From: Candidatus Omnitrophota bacterium
GTDB taxonomy: Bacteria > Omnitrophota > Gorgyraeia > Zapsychrales > Fredricksoniimonadaceae
NCBI GenBank assembly: GCA_016201795.1
Contig: JACQCF010000002.1
Span: forward strand, 45,122-109,121
Length of the DNA stretch: 64,000 nucleotides
Reading direction: 5' to 3'
Below are positions 27,501-37,797 of the stretch, piece by piece; positions within the stretch are counted from its first letter, which is position 1; the number at the start of each line of letters is the position of its first letter. The notes under the pieces are model-generated. The model searched no databases. It saw only the letters and a list, made by a program, of their open reading frames with translations, and was not told where the DNA came from. Made by a program: the position numbers and the translations under genes.

Positions 27501-29036
27501 CCTATCCTTATGACGACATGTGCCGCTTTGTTTAGCTTGCTTCCTATGGCTATTGGGTTGGGGCATGGTTCTGAAGCTAATGTACCTTTAGGACGTGCTG
27601 TGGTCGGAGGACTTTCGGTTTCCGCAGTATTGACGTTGATCATTCTTCCCTTGCTTTACGTTCTTGTTGAAAAAATGAAGTTTTCTAAAACCAGCAACCC
27701 TCTGGTTAAAATCATGTTTATATTTTTTGTTATGAGCTTCATCTCAACCACTACCTTTGCTGAAGATGCGCAGGCTTCTGCCAAAGGGAAAGTTTTAACA
27801 CTGCAAGAGGCGTTGGAAAAATCGCTCAGTCAAAATCCTAAGATCATGATCGCCAAAGCCAAGACCGCCCAAGCCCAGGCGGAGGTTGATATGGCTAAGT
27901 CAGGGTATTGGCCGCGGCTGAATTTATCGGCAATGGATAGCTACGGTCTTGGGAGTTCTTCATCAGCCATCGGAATCACAGGAGTTGTCAATTCTACTCA
28001 CCGTAAAGGCGGTGCCGTTGGGGTAGATAGCGCCTGGACGATTTATGATTTCGGTCGCACCTCCAATAAGGTACAGGCCGCTCGAGAGGAAGCCCAGGCC
28101 CAGGATAAGGACATGGAACGGCAAATGGCGCAGATAAAGCTTATGATTAGCCGTACCTACGGGGAATGCGCGTTTTATACAGGATTCAATCATCTTTTGA
28201 CAGATAGGATAGAACGCCAAAAGCTCCTGGTTGAGGAAATTCAAAAATACACCCGTTCGGGCTTAAATTCTCAGGTCGATCTAAAATTGATGCAGGCGGC
28301 TTTTGAAAAAACTCGTGCTATACAAAGAGAATCCGAGGGATTTTTATATCAGTCCATCGATAAACTTAAAGAGTGGATGGGAGACTCTCATATGGAATCA
28401 TTTGTCTGTGTGCCTTTGCCTGAGATATCCACAGAAGTTCTAGCGTTAGATGCATTGATTACGCAGGCATTGAAGGAACGTCCGGAAATCAAAACAGCCC
28501 AAAAGCATTATGAAGCGGCACAGGCTTCCCGGTGGTCAGCAGAAGGTGAGCATGCACCAAAGATTGTAGCGGTCTCAAGTGTCGGTGAATTAGAGAAGAC
28601 CGACCCAGCTGGGGGGGATCAATGGTCGGCCGGTATCGGGGTTACGGTGCCTTTTTTCGATGGATTTCTAACCGAGGCTAAAATCGCCAAGGCCAAAGCG
28701 CAAGAGGCGGAAGCCAAAGCCTCCTTGGAAGAGGTACGTAATCAGATCCAGCAGGAAGCAGCTTCCTCTTATGCCCAATGGCAAGCAGCCCAACAGATGC
28801 GTCCAATAGTAGAGAAACAATATCAATTAACGAAAGAGGCTTATGATTTGGCGCATCACCGCTATACCGGGAAAATGGGAACGTTTATCGATTTACAAAA
28901 TGCCGAATCTGCTTTTGCTCAAGCCCAGCAGGAAAGTCTGAAGGCACAAATTCAGGAACGGCTGTCTTATTATCAGCTTTTTATTGTTAGCGGAATGAGC
29001 GTGTCCGTTGTCAAAGACAGTGATCAAAATAGATAG
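24594..29036 (+). CDS. RND efflux permease fused to a C-terminal TolC-like outer membrane factor
   Basis: TLGGLALAVGILIDNSVVVLEN, NGILL and RLRPILMT in about aa 1-1025. Then LTLQEAL...NP, YWPRLNL, IYDFG, RPEI and VPFFDG typical of OEP repeats. Confidence 0.88.
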   Translation: MKLEEFSLKQPHWVIVGALLVVIIGVVCMTRLPKDILPIFKIPAVQIITFYPGMPAEVVEKDMTTRLERWTGQSNGIAMQESKSMIGVSILKDFFRSDIDPNTAMSQVTSFAMSDLYYLPPGTIPPMVMPFDPTASIPLALLTVENPDMNETQLYDVAYFNLRNMLQGIPGVIAPAVYGGKLRRILAYIDPYKMTQLNVSGLDVVQALLESNVMIPTGNAKFKDKDYQIITNAMPENVDTMNQFLIRGENGVPITIGDVGKVEDSHQIQTNVVHIAGKRQVYIPIYRQPGANTIQIIDSMKSAIQSLLERLPRGMSLKIVADQSQFVRQSIKSIYSEVGLGGVLASLVVLIFLGSLRASFAVFLSIPLSILTCFIALYATGETINAMTLGGLALAVGILIDNSVVVLENSIRHFKMGKPIRQAILEATGEVAMPVLAGTVCIIIVFIPIIFFTGIGKFLFTPLAKSVAFSVLASYVVSMTIIPLYCVRFISEKHREKSSEKGHEGRFNRFAQRYQKSLSSLMKIKGVVIFAAVILFCASLFLYPFIGKELFPRSDVGYLTLYLHLPTGTRIEKTEETMKKVEQSLNNLINTNNIDTMITNIGVLYDWPAAYTPNSGPGDAFVELELSHKKKFSTEEYATKIRELFKREYPDIQIAINTGGLITAALNMGLSSPINIQVEGKDLKTSMPIAEEIVKQAKEVKGAVDVRIQEHLDYPQIEIELDRAVIAEKRMTVEEVVKNIVTALNSSVNFKASFWIDPKNGNHYFLGAQYPEELIKSIETLENLPLTGKNQKQIVLLKEIAKFKETSAPSEIRHRNIQRVVNIFVNTSGRDVGAVASEISQRIKDIKLPDGYRINERGEVQSMQESFQNLGGGLMLAVILVYLVLVGQFRSFRDPLLILIAVPMGLIGVLLTLWLTKTTLNVQSFIGIIFMVGIAVLNGILLIEFANRLKSEGQSAQEAVINAAGVRLRPILMTTCAALFSLLPMAIGLGHGSEANVPLGRAVVGGLSVSAVLTLIILPLLYVLVEKMKFSKTSNPLVKIMFIFFVMSFISTTTFAEDAQASAKGKVLTLQEALEKSLSQNPKIMIAKAKTAQAQAEVDMAKSGYWPRLNLSAMDSYGLGSSSSAIGITGVVNSTHRKGGAVGVDSAWTIYDFGRTSNKVQAAREEAQAQDKDMERQMAQIKLMISRTYGECAFYTGFNHLLTDRIERQKLLVEEIQKYTRSGLNSQVDLKLMQAAFEKTRAIQRESEGFLYQSIDKLKEWMGDSHMESFVCVPLPEISTEVLALDALITQALKERPEIKTAQKHYEAAQASRWSAEGEHAPKIVAVSSVGELEKTDPAGGDQWSAGIGVTVPFFDGFLTEAKIAKAKAQEAEAKASLEEVRNQIQQEAASSYAQWQAAQQMRPIVEKQYQLTKEAYDLAHHRYTGKMGTFIDLQNAESAFAQAQQESLKAQIQERLSYYQLFIVSGMSVSVVKDSDQNR

Positions 29037-29099
29037 AGTTTTAATTTTATGGTTATACTATAATAACTTTTTAAAAACCACCAAACACAAGGAGGATGT

Positions 29100-29417
29100 A
29101 TGAACATCAAAACCAAATTATTGTTAACCACCTTTGCGGCAGCTGTCGCTTTAGTTTTCACACCCTATGCTGTCAAAGCTCAAGGGGCTAACCCCGGTGT
29201 AACAGACAAAGGCCAGGAATCCGTGTCGGTTGCCATTGACGGCTTTTGTCCGGTGTGTGTCCTTAGCGGTAAAAAGAACAAAGGTAACGATCATTTCGTT
29301 ACCGAGTATAACGGCAAAATTTATAAATTCGCAGGCATGAAGCAGCAGAAGGAGTTTTTAGAAGATCCGGAAAAATATGTGGCGGATTTAGATGCTAAAT
29401 ACAAAGCGCTTAAATAA
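29100..29417 (+). CDS. Secreted YHS-domain protein
   Basis: SD AAGGAGG, a signal peptide (AVKA) and AIDGFCPVC...YNGKIYKF....Q.EF..DPEKY. Confidence 0.8.
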   Translation: MNIKTKLLLTTFAAAVALVFTPYAVKAQGANPGVTDKGQESVSVAIDGFCPVCVLSGKKNKGNDHFVTEYNGKIYKFAGMKQQKEFLEDPEKYVADLDAKYKALK

Positions 29418-29426
29418 TTGAGGTGG

Positions 29427-29467
29427 TCGGGGGTGCTTTGTGTCAGCAGGGTACCCCCGATTGTTTT
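29427..29467 (+). terminator. Probable intrinsic terminator
   Basis: Stem TCGGGGGTGC/GTACCCCCGA followed by TTGTTTT, 10 nt after the YHS stop. Confidence 0.6.
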
Positions 29468-31663
29468 ATGATGAACAGGTTATCTTCAATAATAGTTGGG
29501 ATGATGATTGTGTTGACAGCAATGAGTGTTTGCGCCTGGGCGCAACAGCCAAACATAAAAGCCAACCGGCTTATCCACGAGAAAAGCCCTTATTTGCTGC
29601 AGCATGCCTATAACCCGGTGGATTGGTATTCGTGGCAACAAGAGGCCTTTGACAAGGCCAAAAAAGAAGACAAACCCATTTTTCTTTCCATCGGGTATTC
29701 GACCTGTCATTGGTGTCACGTCATGGAAGAGGAATCATATTCTGATCTACGTATCGCCAAAATCCTCAACGATAATTTTATAGCCATTAAAGTAGATCGC
29801 GAAGAACGGCCTGACATTGACAGTATTTATATGCAGGCGGTCGAGGCTATGACCGGCTCCGGCGGTTGGCCGTTAAATGTTTTTCTAACGCCTGACTTAA
29901 AACCATTTTATGGTGGAACTTATTTCCCGCCGACCAGCCGTTGGGGGCAGCCGGGGTTGGATACTGTTTTAATCGAAATTGCCCAAAAATGGAAGACTCA
30001 GAAAGGCTCAATTCTTCGGCAGGCCATGGATCTCAAATCTGGCAGAACCTCAACGGAAGGCATACCGATGACGGCTTCCAGTTTTTCACCCATGACTCAT
30101 ACTCTTAACCAAGATACTCTTAAAAATGCCTATGAACAGCTTAGGTCGAACTTTGACAACCAGAATGGCGGTTTTGGCGGTGCGATCAAATTCCCCAGCA
30201 GCCACATGCTGTCATTTCTTTTGCGGTACTGGAATCGCAGCCATGATCCGCAGGCGCTAGCCATGGTGGAAAAAACATTACATGCCATGGCCGATGGCGG
30301 TATTCATGATCAGATCGGCGGGGGATTTCACCGGTATTCGACGGACTCATTCTGGCGCGTGCCCCATTTTGAAAAAATGCTCTACGACCAGGCCATGCTT
30401 TCCATGACCTATCTGGAGGCCTATCAGGCTACGGGTAAAAAGGAATATGTGGATGTGGTCAGGGATATTTTGGATTATGTCCTGCGGGACATGACCAGTT
30501 CCGAGGGAGCGTTCTATTCCGCTGAAGACGCGGATAGTCAGGATGAGCGAGGACAAAAACGGGAAGGAACCTTTTATTTATGGACAGCTAATGAAATTTC
30601 TGACGTTTTAAGTAAAGAAGATGCGGTGGTATTCGATTATTATTTCGGCGTGGAACCTGGTGGTAATATGAGGGGAGATTTTGGTGATAAAAATATTCTT
30701 TATGTAGCTCATAGCATCGAGGAGACGGCCAGACAATTCGGAAAATCCGTTGAGGAAATTCAAAACATTTTGCAGCAGGCCAAAGCAAAACTTTTAGCCC
30801 AGCGTACACAGAGAACGAGGCCATTTCGGGATGATAAAGTTTTGACCGATTGGAATGGACTGATGATCACCAGTTTCGCATCGGCGGCGCAGGTGCTGGA
30901 TGAACCGCGCTATGCTCAGGCCGCGCAAAAGGCAGCGGATTTTCTGTTGGCAAAGATGAAGCGCTCTGATGGACGGCTCATGCACCGCTGGCGTAAAGGG
31001 GAATCAGCCATTGGCGGGTTTCTCGACGATTATGCCTTTTTTACTCAAGGGCTTTTGGCGGCGTATGAGGCCACGTTTAATCCTCAATATTTACAGCAGG
31101 CAAAGTTTTTGGTCGATGAAATGATTCGTCTTTTTGGTGACAAAATAGCTGGAGGATTTTTCTTGCGGGCCAATGATGAGCAGGCATTGATTGGGCGCAC
31201 CAAGGATGCTTATGACGGTGCGATACCCTCCGGTAATTCGGTGGCGGCTATGATTTTAGGGAAGTTAGGACGACTGATGATGGAAAAACGTTATGAGATC
31301 CAAGCGCGTGCCACCGTGGATGCCTTTTCCGCCCAAGTCGAGCTGTACCCATCGGGCTTTACCTATATGCTGGCGGCATTGGACTATCTCTTGGGCCCGT
31401 CGCGGGAGATTGTCATCGCCGGTGACCAAAACGATCCTCATACTCAAGCCATGGTGCATGAAATTCATCAGCATTTTATGCCCAACAAAGTTATTTGTCT
31501 GCATCCAGTAGGCCAACAACAAGCCAGGGCCATTGAAGCTTTAGTACCTTTTATCAAAGACCAGAAGCTCATGGGGGGCAAGTCCACCGCTTATGTGTGT
31601 TCCCATTATGTCTGCAAGCTGCCCGTCAATGATGTCAAGAAGCTCCAGCCAATGCTCAAGTAA
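29468..31663 (+). CDS. YyaL/SSP411 (DUF255) thioredoxin-domain protein with six-hairpin repeat region
   Basis: [53 protein letters not shown] and [11 protein letters not shown]; apparent signal peptide. Confidence 0.9.
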   Translation: MMNRLSSIIVGMMIVLTAMSVCAWAQQPNIKANRLIHEKSPYLLQHAYNPVDWYSWQQEAFDKAKKEDKPIFLSIGYSTCHWCHVMEEESYSDLRIAKILNDNFIAIKVDREERPDIDSIYMQAVEAMTGSGGWPLNVFLTPDLKPFYGGTYFPPTSRWGQPGLDTVLIEIAQKWKTQKGSILRQAMDLKSGRTSTEGIPMTASSFSPMTHTLNQDTLKNAYEQLRSNFDNQNGGFGGAIKFPSSHMLSFLLRYWNRSHDPQALAMVEKTLHAMADGGIHDQIGGGFHRYSTDSFWRVPHFEKMLYDQAMLSMTYLEAYQATGKKEYVDVVRDILDYVLRDMTSSEGAFYSAEDADSQDERGQKREGTFYLWTANEISDVLSKEDAVVFDYYFGVEPGGNMRGDFGDKNILYVAHSIEETARQFGKSVEEIQNILQQAKAKLLAQRTQRTRPFRDDKVLTDWNGLMITSFASAAQVLDEPRYAQAAQKAADFLLAKMKRSDGRLMHRWRKGESAIGGFLDDYAFFTQGLLAAYEATFNPQYLQQAKFLVDEMIRLFGDKIAGGFFLRANDEQALIGRTKDAYDGAIPSGNSVAAMILGKLGRLMMEKRYEIQARATVDAFSAQVELYPSGFTYMLAALDYLLGPSREIVIAGDQNDPHTQAMVHEIHQHFMPNKVICLHPVGQQQARAIEALVPFIKDQKLMGGKSTAYVCSHYVCKLPVNDVKKLQPMLK

Positions 31664-31707
31664 CGACTCACCAGTTTTAACTTTTTGAAACAGGAACCAA
31701 ATCCATA

Positions 31708-32909
<1,202 letters not shown>

Positions 32910-32924
32910 TCATTAAGGAGAGGC

Positions 32925-35090
32925 ATGAAAACTTACGCTTACGGATTTCCGCGGTTGGGAGAAAATCGCGAATATAAGAAAGCCATCGAAACTTTTTGGG
33001 AAGGTGAGGGCTCAGAAGAAGGGCTCAACCATACACTCCATGAGCTTCAGGCGAATATGCTGCAGATCTATGCCTCTGCCGTGAATGTTTTCCCCGTCGG
33101 TGAAATGACCGCTTATGATCCTATGCTCGATACGGCCGTTATGCTGGGGGTTTATAAGCCTAAGAATTTACAGGAATATTATGAATTGTGCCGCGGCGCA
33201 GGCGCTTTGGAGATGACCAAATGGTTCAATACCAATTACCATTACCTGGTGTCTGATTTTTCCGCCGTTAAAAGCCCGTCTTTTGAACTACATTGGAATA
33301 AACCCCAGCAATACCGTGAACGTTTTGGCAAGGGCATCCCTTATGTGATTGGCCCATTTACTTTCCTTAAATTAAGCAAAGGGTTAAGCAAAACACAATT
33401 CAAGTCAGCCCTGGAAGATTTGACCGGAGTTTACCGATCTTTGTTCACTTCTTTGCAAGAAGTGCACGTGGATGAGCCTGCTTTGGTGCTGGAACTTTTC
33501 AGCGATGAGATTGAGGGCGTTAAGAAGGCCTATGAAATTCTTGGCCAGTCTGCTAAGGTCCACCTTTTTACGTATTATGAGCAGGTAGATTTTTTAAAGC
33601 AATTGTACGATCTACCAGTGGCCTCGTTGGGGTTGGATTTTGTGCACGGTATTAAAAATCTTCAGACCATTAAAAAATACGGTTTTCCTAAAGACAAGAC
33701 TTTAATCGCCGGTGTGGTGGACGGGCGCAATATCTGGAAGAATGATATTCGCCATTCGGTGGAGACGCTGAAAGCTTTGAGCCGTCAGGCAAAATCTATT
33801 TGGGTTTCCAATGCCGGTCCGTTGTTCCATCTTCCCATCACCACCGAAGGGGAACATCTGGATTCCCGCCTGATGGGGAATTTGGCGTTTGCCAAACAAA
33901 AGCTGCAAGAGATTGGTACCATCGCGGCGTGCGCGCAAGGACGTCAGAAGGTGAAGGTGCCGTCTGATTCTGGTGTGCGCGTATTAGGTCAGAACAAGAA
34001 AGTGCAGACCAGGATTAAGACGCTTACCACCAAAGATTTTAAGAAATTGGTGCCGCTAGCCAAGCGTCGGGCGATTCAAGATAAGATTCTGCATCTTCCT
34101 TCTTTTCCGACGACAACCATTGGCAGTTTTCCTCAGACCCCAGAGGTTCGCAAATACCGGGCCGATTACCGTGCCGGCCGTATTACCGAGCAAGAATATA
34201 ATGCCTTTGTGCAGAGGGAAATCCGTCAATTGATGAAGTTTCAAGAGGAACAGGGGTTGGATGTTCCGGTCCACGGAGAATTCGAACGCACCGACATGGT
34301 GGAGTTTTTTGCCGAACAGTTGGACGGCGTTGCCACCACGGCCAATGGCTGGATTATTTCTTACGGCACGCGTGCGTACCGGCCGCCTATCATTTTTGGA
34401 GATATCTCCCGTCCCAGACCCATGACCGTCAAGGAAATCGTTTATGCCCAATCTTTAACCAATAAGCCGGTCAAGGGTATGCTCACCGGCGCAGTTACCA
34501 TCATCGCCTGGAGTTTTGTGCGCGAGGATATTCCCATTAAGGATGTAGCTTACCAGATCAGTTTGGCCTTACGGGATGAAATTCATGATTATGAGAAAGC
34601 TGGTATTAAAATTGTCCAGGTGGATGAGCCGGCCATCCGGGAAAGGGCCCCCATCAAACGGGGCGATTGGCCAAAATATTTCGATTGGGCCATCAAATCC
34701 TTCCGTCTGGCTACCAATACTGCTCCCGAGACCCAGATCCACACGCATATGTGTTATTCGGAGTTTGGGGAGATCATCAAGCAGATTGACGCCATGGATT
34801 TTGATGTCATTTCCATCGAGTCCACCCGCAGCCGGGGAGATATCATCAAAAACTTCGAGCGGATTGATTTTAAGAAACAGATTGGTCTTGGCGTTTGGGA
34901 CATCCATTCGCCGGCCATTCCTACCGTTGAGCAGATGAAACAGGTGGCTCAGAGGGCGTTGAGGGTTATTCCCAAAAGAAATTTCTGGATCAATCCTGAT
35001 TGCGGTCTCAAGACCCGCGGATGGCCGGAGACCGAGGCATCTCTAAAAAATTTGGTCACCCTGGCCAGTCAGTTGCGTCATCAGAAGTAA
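32925..35090 (+). CDS. metE: Cobalamin-independent methionine synthase
   Basis: GFPRLG, EMTKWFNTNYHY, TTIGSFPQT, HGEFERTDMVEFF, HTHMCYSEF and NPDCGLKTR. Confidence 0.96.
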   Translation: MKTYAYGFPRLGENREYKKAIETFWEGEGSEEGLNHTLHELQANMLQIYASAVNVFPVGEMTAYDPMLDTAVMLGVYKPKNLQEYYELCRGAGALEMTKWFNTNYHYLVSDFSAVKSPSFELHWNKPQQYRERFGKGIPYVIGPFTFLKLSKGLSKTQFKSALEDLTGVYRSLFTSLQEVHVDEPALVLELFSDEIEGVKKAYEILGQSAKVHLFTYYEQVDFLKQLYDLPVASLGLDFVHGIKNLQTIKKYGFPKDKTLIAGVVDGRNIWKNDIRHSVETLKALSRQAKSIWVSNAGPLFHLPITTEGEHLDSRLMGNLAFAKQKLQEIGTIAACAQGRQKVKVPSDSGVRVLGQNKKVQTRIKTLTTKDFKKLVPLAKRRAIQDKILHLPSFPTTTIGSFPQTPEVRKYRADYRAGRITEQEYNAFVQREIRQLMKFQEEQGLDVPVHGEFERTDMVEFFAEQLDGVATTANGWIISYGTRAYRPPIIFGDISRPRPMTVKEIVYAQSLTNKPVKGMLTGAVTIIAWSFVREDIPIKDVAYQISLALRDEIHDYEKAGIKIVQVDEPAIRERAPIKRGDWPKYFDWAIKSFRLATNTAPETQIHTHMCYSEFGEIIKQIDAMDFDVISIESTRSRGDIIKNFERIDFKKQIGLGVWDIHSPAIPTVEQMKQVAQRALRVIPKRNFWINPDCGLKTRGWPETEASLKNLVTLASQLRHQK

Positions 35091-35102
35091 TTTATATTTG
35101 GA

Positions 35103-35193
35103 GTCATTGCGAGGAGCCGAAGGCGACGAAGCAATCCCAAAAGAATTAATTTTTGTTGAGATTGCTTCGCTCCCTACGGTCGCTCGCAATGAC
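35103..35193. repeat. Intergenic copy of the GTCATTGCGAG palindromic element
   Basis: GTCATTGCGAGGAG..GCGACGAAGCAATC...GATTGCTTCGCTCCCTACGGTCGCTCGCAATGAC between the convergent metE and metF. Confidence 0.88.
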
Positions 35194-35202
35194 ACGTATC
35201 TT

Positions 35203-36048
35203 TTAGCGGCGGACCTCTTTCAGGATAATGTCCGTCGGAGAAATTTTATTGAGGGTATAGAAGTGCAGGCCGGGGGCACCTTGATCAAGAAGCTCTCGGC
35301 ATTGCTCAACAGCAAAACGAATACCTGCCTCTAATGTTTTAGCCGGATCATCTGCGAGGGGTTTAAAAATCTCATGGACCTTCACCGGGATAGAAGCCCC
35401 GCAGAGTAAGCAAAATCTCACCAAAGCCTGATAATCGGTAATAGGTAAAATTCCGGGAATAACGGGTTTGTTCACACCTAATTTTTTCAAACGCGCGATA
35501 TAATCAAAATAATCCTGATTGTCAAAAAAAAGCTGGGTGATGACGTAATCCGCTCCCGCATCAATTTTGGCTTTGAGATGCTGCGCGTCCACCTCGCGAT
35601 TGGGGGCTAACATATGCCCCTCGGGGAAACCGGCCACTCCAATGCCAAAATAAGAGTTAAAATGTTGACGGATAAAGGCCACCAGCTCACTGCTGTATCG
35701 AAAGTTTTTTGGCCCCGGCTTCCAGTCGGGATGATCTTTGGGAGGGTCTCCCCGCAAAGCCAGGACATTGCTGATTCCCCGGCGTTTGATCTCTTCGAGA
35801 ATCGTTTTAATTTCGTCTTTGGTATGTAGGACACAGGTTAAGTGAGCCACCGCCTTGATATGATGTTTATTTTGAATATGTTCTACAACGTCCAATGTTT
35901 TCTCGCGGCTGCCGCCTCCGGCGCCGTAGGTACAGGAGATGAAATCCGGTTTTAAGCCAGCTAGCTGATCAATGATCCCCAGCAATTTCACGTACCCCTC
36001 GGGGGTTTTGGGGGGGAAGAGTTCAAAAGAAATAGTGGGAAAGTTCAT
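35203..36048 (-). CDS. metF: Methylenetetrahydrofolate reductase
   Basis: SFELFPPK, TYGAGG, AHLTC, LALRGDPP, ITQLFFD and LHFYTLN. Confidence 0.95.
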   Translation of the reverse strand: MNFPTISFELFPPKTPEGYVKLLGIIDQLAGLKPDFISCTYGAGGGSREKTLDVVEHIQNKHHIKAVAHLTCVLHTKDEIKTILEEIKRRGISNVLALRGDPPKDHPDWKPGPKNFRYSSELVAFIRQHFNSYFGIGVAGFPEGHMLAPNREVDAQHLKAKIDAGADYVITQLFFDNQDYFDYIARLKKLGVNKPVIPGILPITDYQALVRFCLLCGASIPVKVHEIFKPLADDPAKTLEAGIRFAVEQCRELLDQGAPGLHFYTLNKISPTDIILKEVRR

Positions 36049-37142
36049 CGATATGCGCCTGTTGGCATATTCCATTTAATTTTATTTAGGAAAAAGATGA
36101 AGATAGGATCCCAACACCAACCAGTGAAGAGGGGAAAAATAGCCATGACCCACACATATTGGCGCTGGAGAAACCAATAGCCGGTTACAGCATCTGCAAT
36201 CATTAATAACAGGATCGGCAAAATAAAAATAGTCATTAAGAAACCAGCTACGATCAAACGGTCTTGTTTGGGCCACCATAACCGTAGCGCAATCCCGATT
36301 AACAGTAAATAGAAGAGTTTAAATCCGATTAAATTGGTCATTACTGCTTTTAGAAAATTAATCGGATCTACCAAGGGGTTAGGAATAAACTGAAAAACAT
36401 CAAGTTCGAGGTACCTATGGTTATAGAAGGGGCTGGATGGATTGCCTTTATTATAGTAGAGCCATAGAAGTAACCCAACAAAGCTTAAGCTTAACCAGAA
36501 ACGCCAGCGGCGTTGAATGAACGGGATAAATCCTGTTTGCCGATAATCCCTTAATAAGAAAAATAATCCCCAGCAACATATGATGAGCAAGCCATACGGA
36601 TGATAAATGATTGTTAGAATTAAAGCGATCCAATATAAGATACATTGCATCCGTGAGGGGGATAGTAAGGGATTCATAAGGCTTTCAAGGATGTAGAAGG
36701 TGGAAAGCCCTAAGGCGGCCAGCATGCTATAGGGCCTAAGCTGCAGGGCATGATAAATCAGTTGTCTGTGCAATGCAAACATGGCAAAGGTCATTAGCCA
36801 ACTGAGGGGGTGTTTGAGATAGCGTTGGCAAAGTAACCCCAGCACATAGAAGCCTAACAGGGTTGATAAGAAATGGGGGATTGCCACTCCCCATTTGTTC
36901 TCTTTGAAGATTTGTATAAAAGGATAGGTGAGTAGGTAATCGCCGGGAAAAGAATGCGATTCGCCGTAATCAGCCGTAAGCCAAAATGGCTTAAGGGGCC
37001 CCACCGTATGTTTATATTGGCACAATTCATCTGTAGACCATTCGTGCTGCCTGTAGATATCTATGCGCCACCAAAGACCGAGCAAGGTAATAACGAAAAC
37101 AGAGATTAGCAACCATTTAGGCGGGGATGATATTTTTTGCAC
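36045..37142 (-). CDS. Hypothetical polytopic membrane protein (GT-C/PMT-like N-terminus)
   Basis: First TM followed by W.TDE, then PGDYLL, QLRPYS and QRQY; many TM segments; AT-rich. Confidence 0.62.
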   Translation of the reverse strand: MQKISSPPKWLLISVFVITLLGLWWRIDIYRQHEWSTDELCQYKHTVGPLKPFWLTADYGESHSFPGDYLLTYPFIQIFKENKWGVAIPHFLSTLLGFYVLGLLCQRYLKHPLSWLMTFAMFALHRQLIYHALQLRPYSMLAALGLSTFYILESLMNPLLSPSRMQCILYWIALILTIIYHPYGLLIICCWGLFFLLRDYRQTGFIPFIQRRWRFWLSLSFVGLLLWLYYNKGNPSSPFYNHRYLELDVFQFIPNPLVDPINFLKAVMTNLIGFKLFYLLLIGIALRLWWPKQDRLIVAGFLMTIFILPILLLMIADAVTGYWFLQRQYVWVMAIFPLFTGWCWDPIFIFFLNKIKWNMPTGAYR

Positions 37143-37201
37143 TTTTTTATTTTACAATAATTATCCGACAGAGCAATTACTTTTTCGATATCTTAAATCC
37201 C

Positions 37202-37245
37202 TTGACTATCTTAGGGTTTTATTTATAATGTTCAAAAATTGAACA
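37202..37245 (+). promoter_or_regulatory. Sigma70 promoter with an overlapping palindromic operator
   Basis: TTGACT-16 bp-TATAAT (37202-37229), then the perfect inverted repeat TGTTCAA-AAA-TTGAACA (37229-37245). Confidence 0.7.
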
Positions 37246-37251
37246 TTTCCT

Positions 37252-37797
37252 ATGCCCACGACCAATCTTAATGAACATGAATTTGAACTGGTGAACATCG
37301 TCGGTTCTCAGTTGGCCGCCAATCAGCGCGATTTGTCCCGCCAGATGAATCTCTCTTTGGGGATGACCAATATGTTGATGAGGCGGCTTGTCACCAAAGG
37401 ATATATCCGCATCAAACAACTCAACCAGCGCAAGGTGAAGTATATTCTAACCCCTAAAGGTTTTGCGGAAAAGATGCGCAAGTCTGTTCACTACACGCTT
37501 AAAACGATTAATTCTATAGGGTTAATTAAAAAACATCTTTCAAAAATCCTGGGGTCCTTGTATCAGGAGGGAGAAAGAAAATTTTATATCTTAGGGGAGT
37601 CGGATCTGGCGGCCTTGATAGAAATAGTATTAAGGGAACAATGTCAGCATGATTATACCGTTGTTCATATTAAAGACAGGATCCAGGCAACAGGGGAAGG
37701 AGTGATTTTGGTTTGTACTGATCAGCAAGCCAATGGTTCTTCTCCCACTGCATTTAAAGAGATTAATTTGATTGAAAATCTTGCCTATCATGTGTGA
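37252..37797 (+). CDS. MarR-type winged-helix regulator (EPS-locus-associated)
   Basis: NQRDLSRQMNLSLGMTN.L.RRLVTKGY and YILTPKG..EK. Confidence 0.85.
   Translation: MPTTNLNEHEFELVNIVGSQLAANQRDLSRQMNLSLGMTNMLMRRLVTKGYIRIKQLNQRKVKYILTPKGFAEKMRKSVHYTLKTINSIGLIKKHLSKILGSLYQEGERKFYILGESDLAALIEIVLREQCQHDYTVVHIKDRIQATGEGVILVCTDQQANGSSPTAFKEINLIENLAYHV

Noticed and set aside
29423-29467. GTG start extension of the YyaL ORF
   Set aside because: It runs through a terminator-like hairpin, and the ATG at 29468/29471 gives a sensible signal peptide.
35098-35334. 78-aa + strand ORF (MESLRGAEGDEAIPKE...)
   Set aside because: It is a translation of the palindromic repeat plus antisense metF, not a credible gene.
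36001-36016. G5-T4-G7 tract as a phase-variation or G4 site
   Set aside because: It encodes the conserved MetF FPPKTP motif. Other T7-T9 runs in the window are Phe-rich codons with intact frames.
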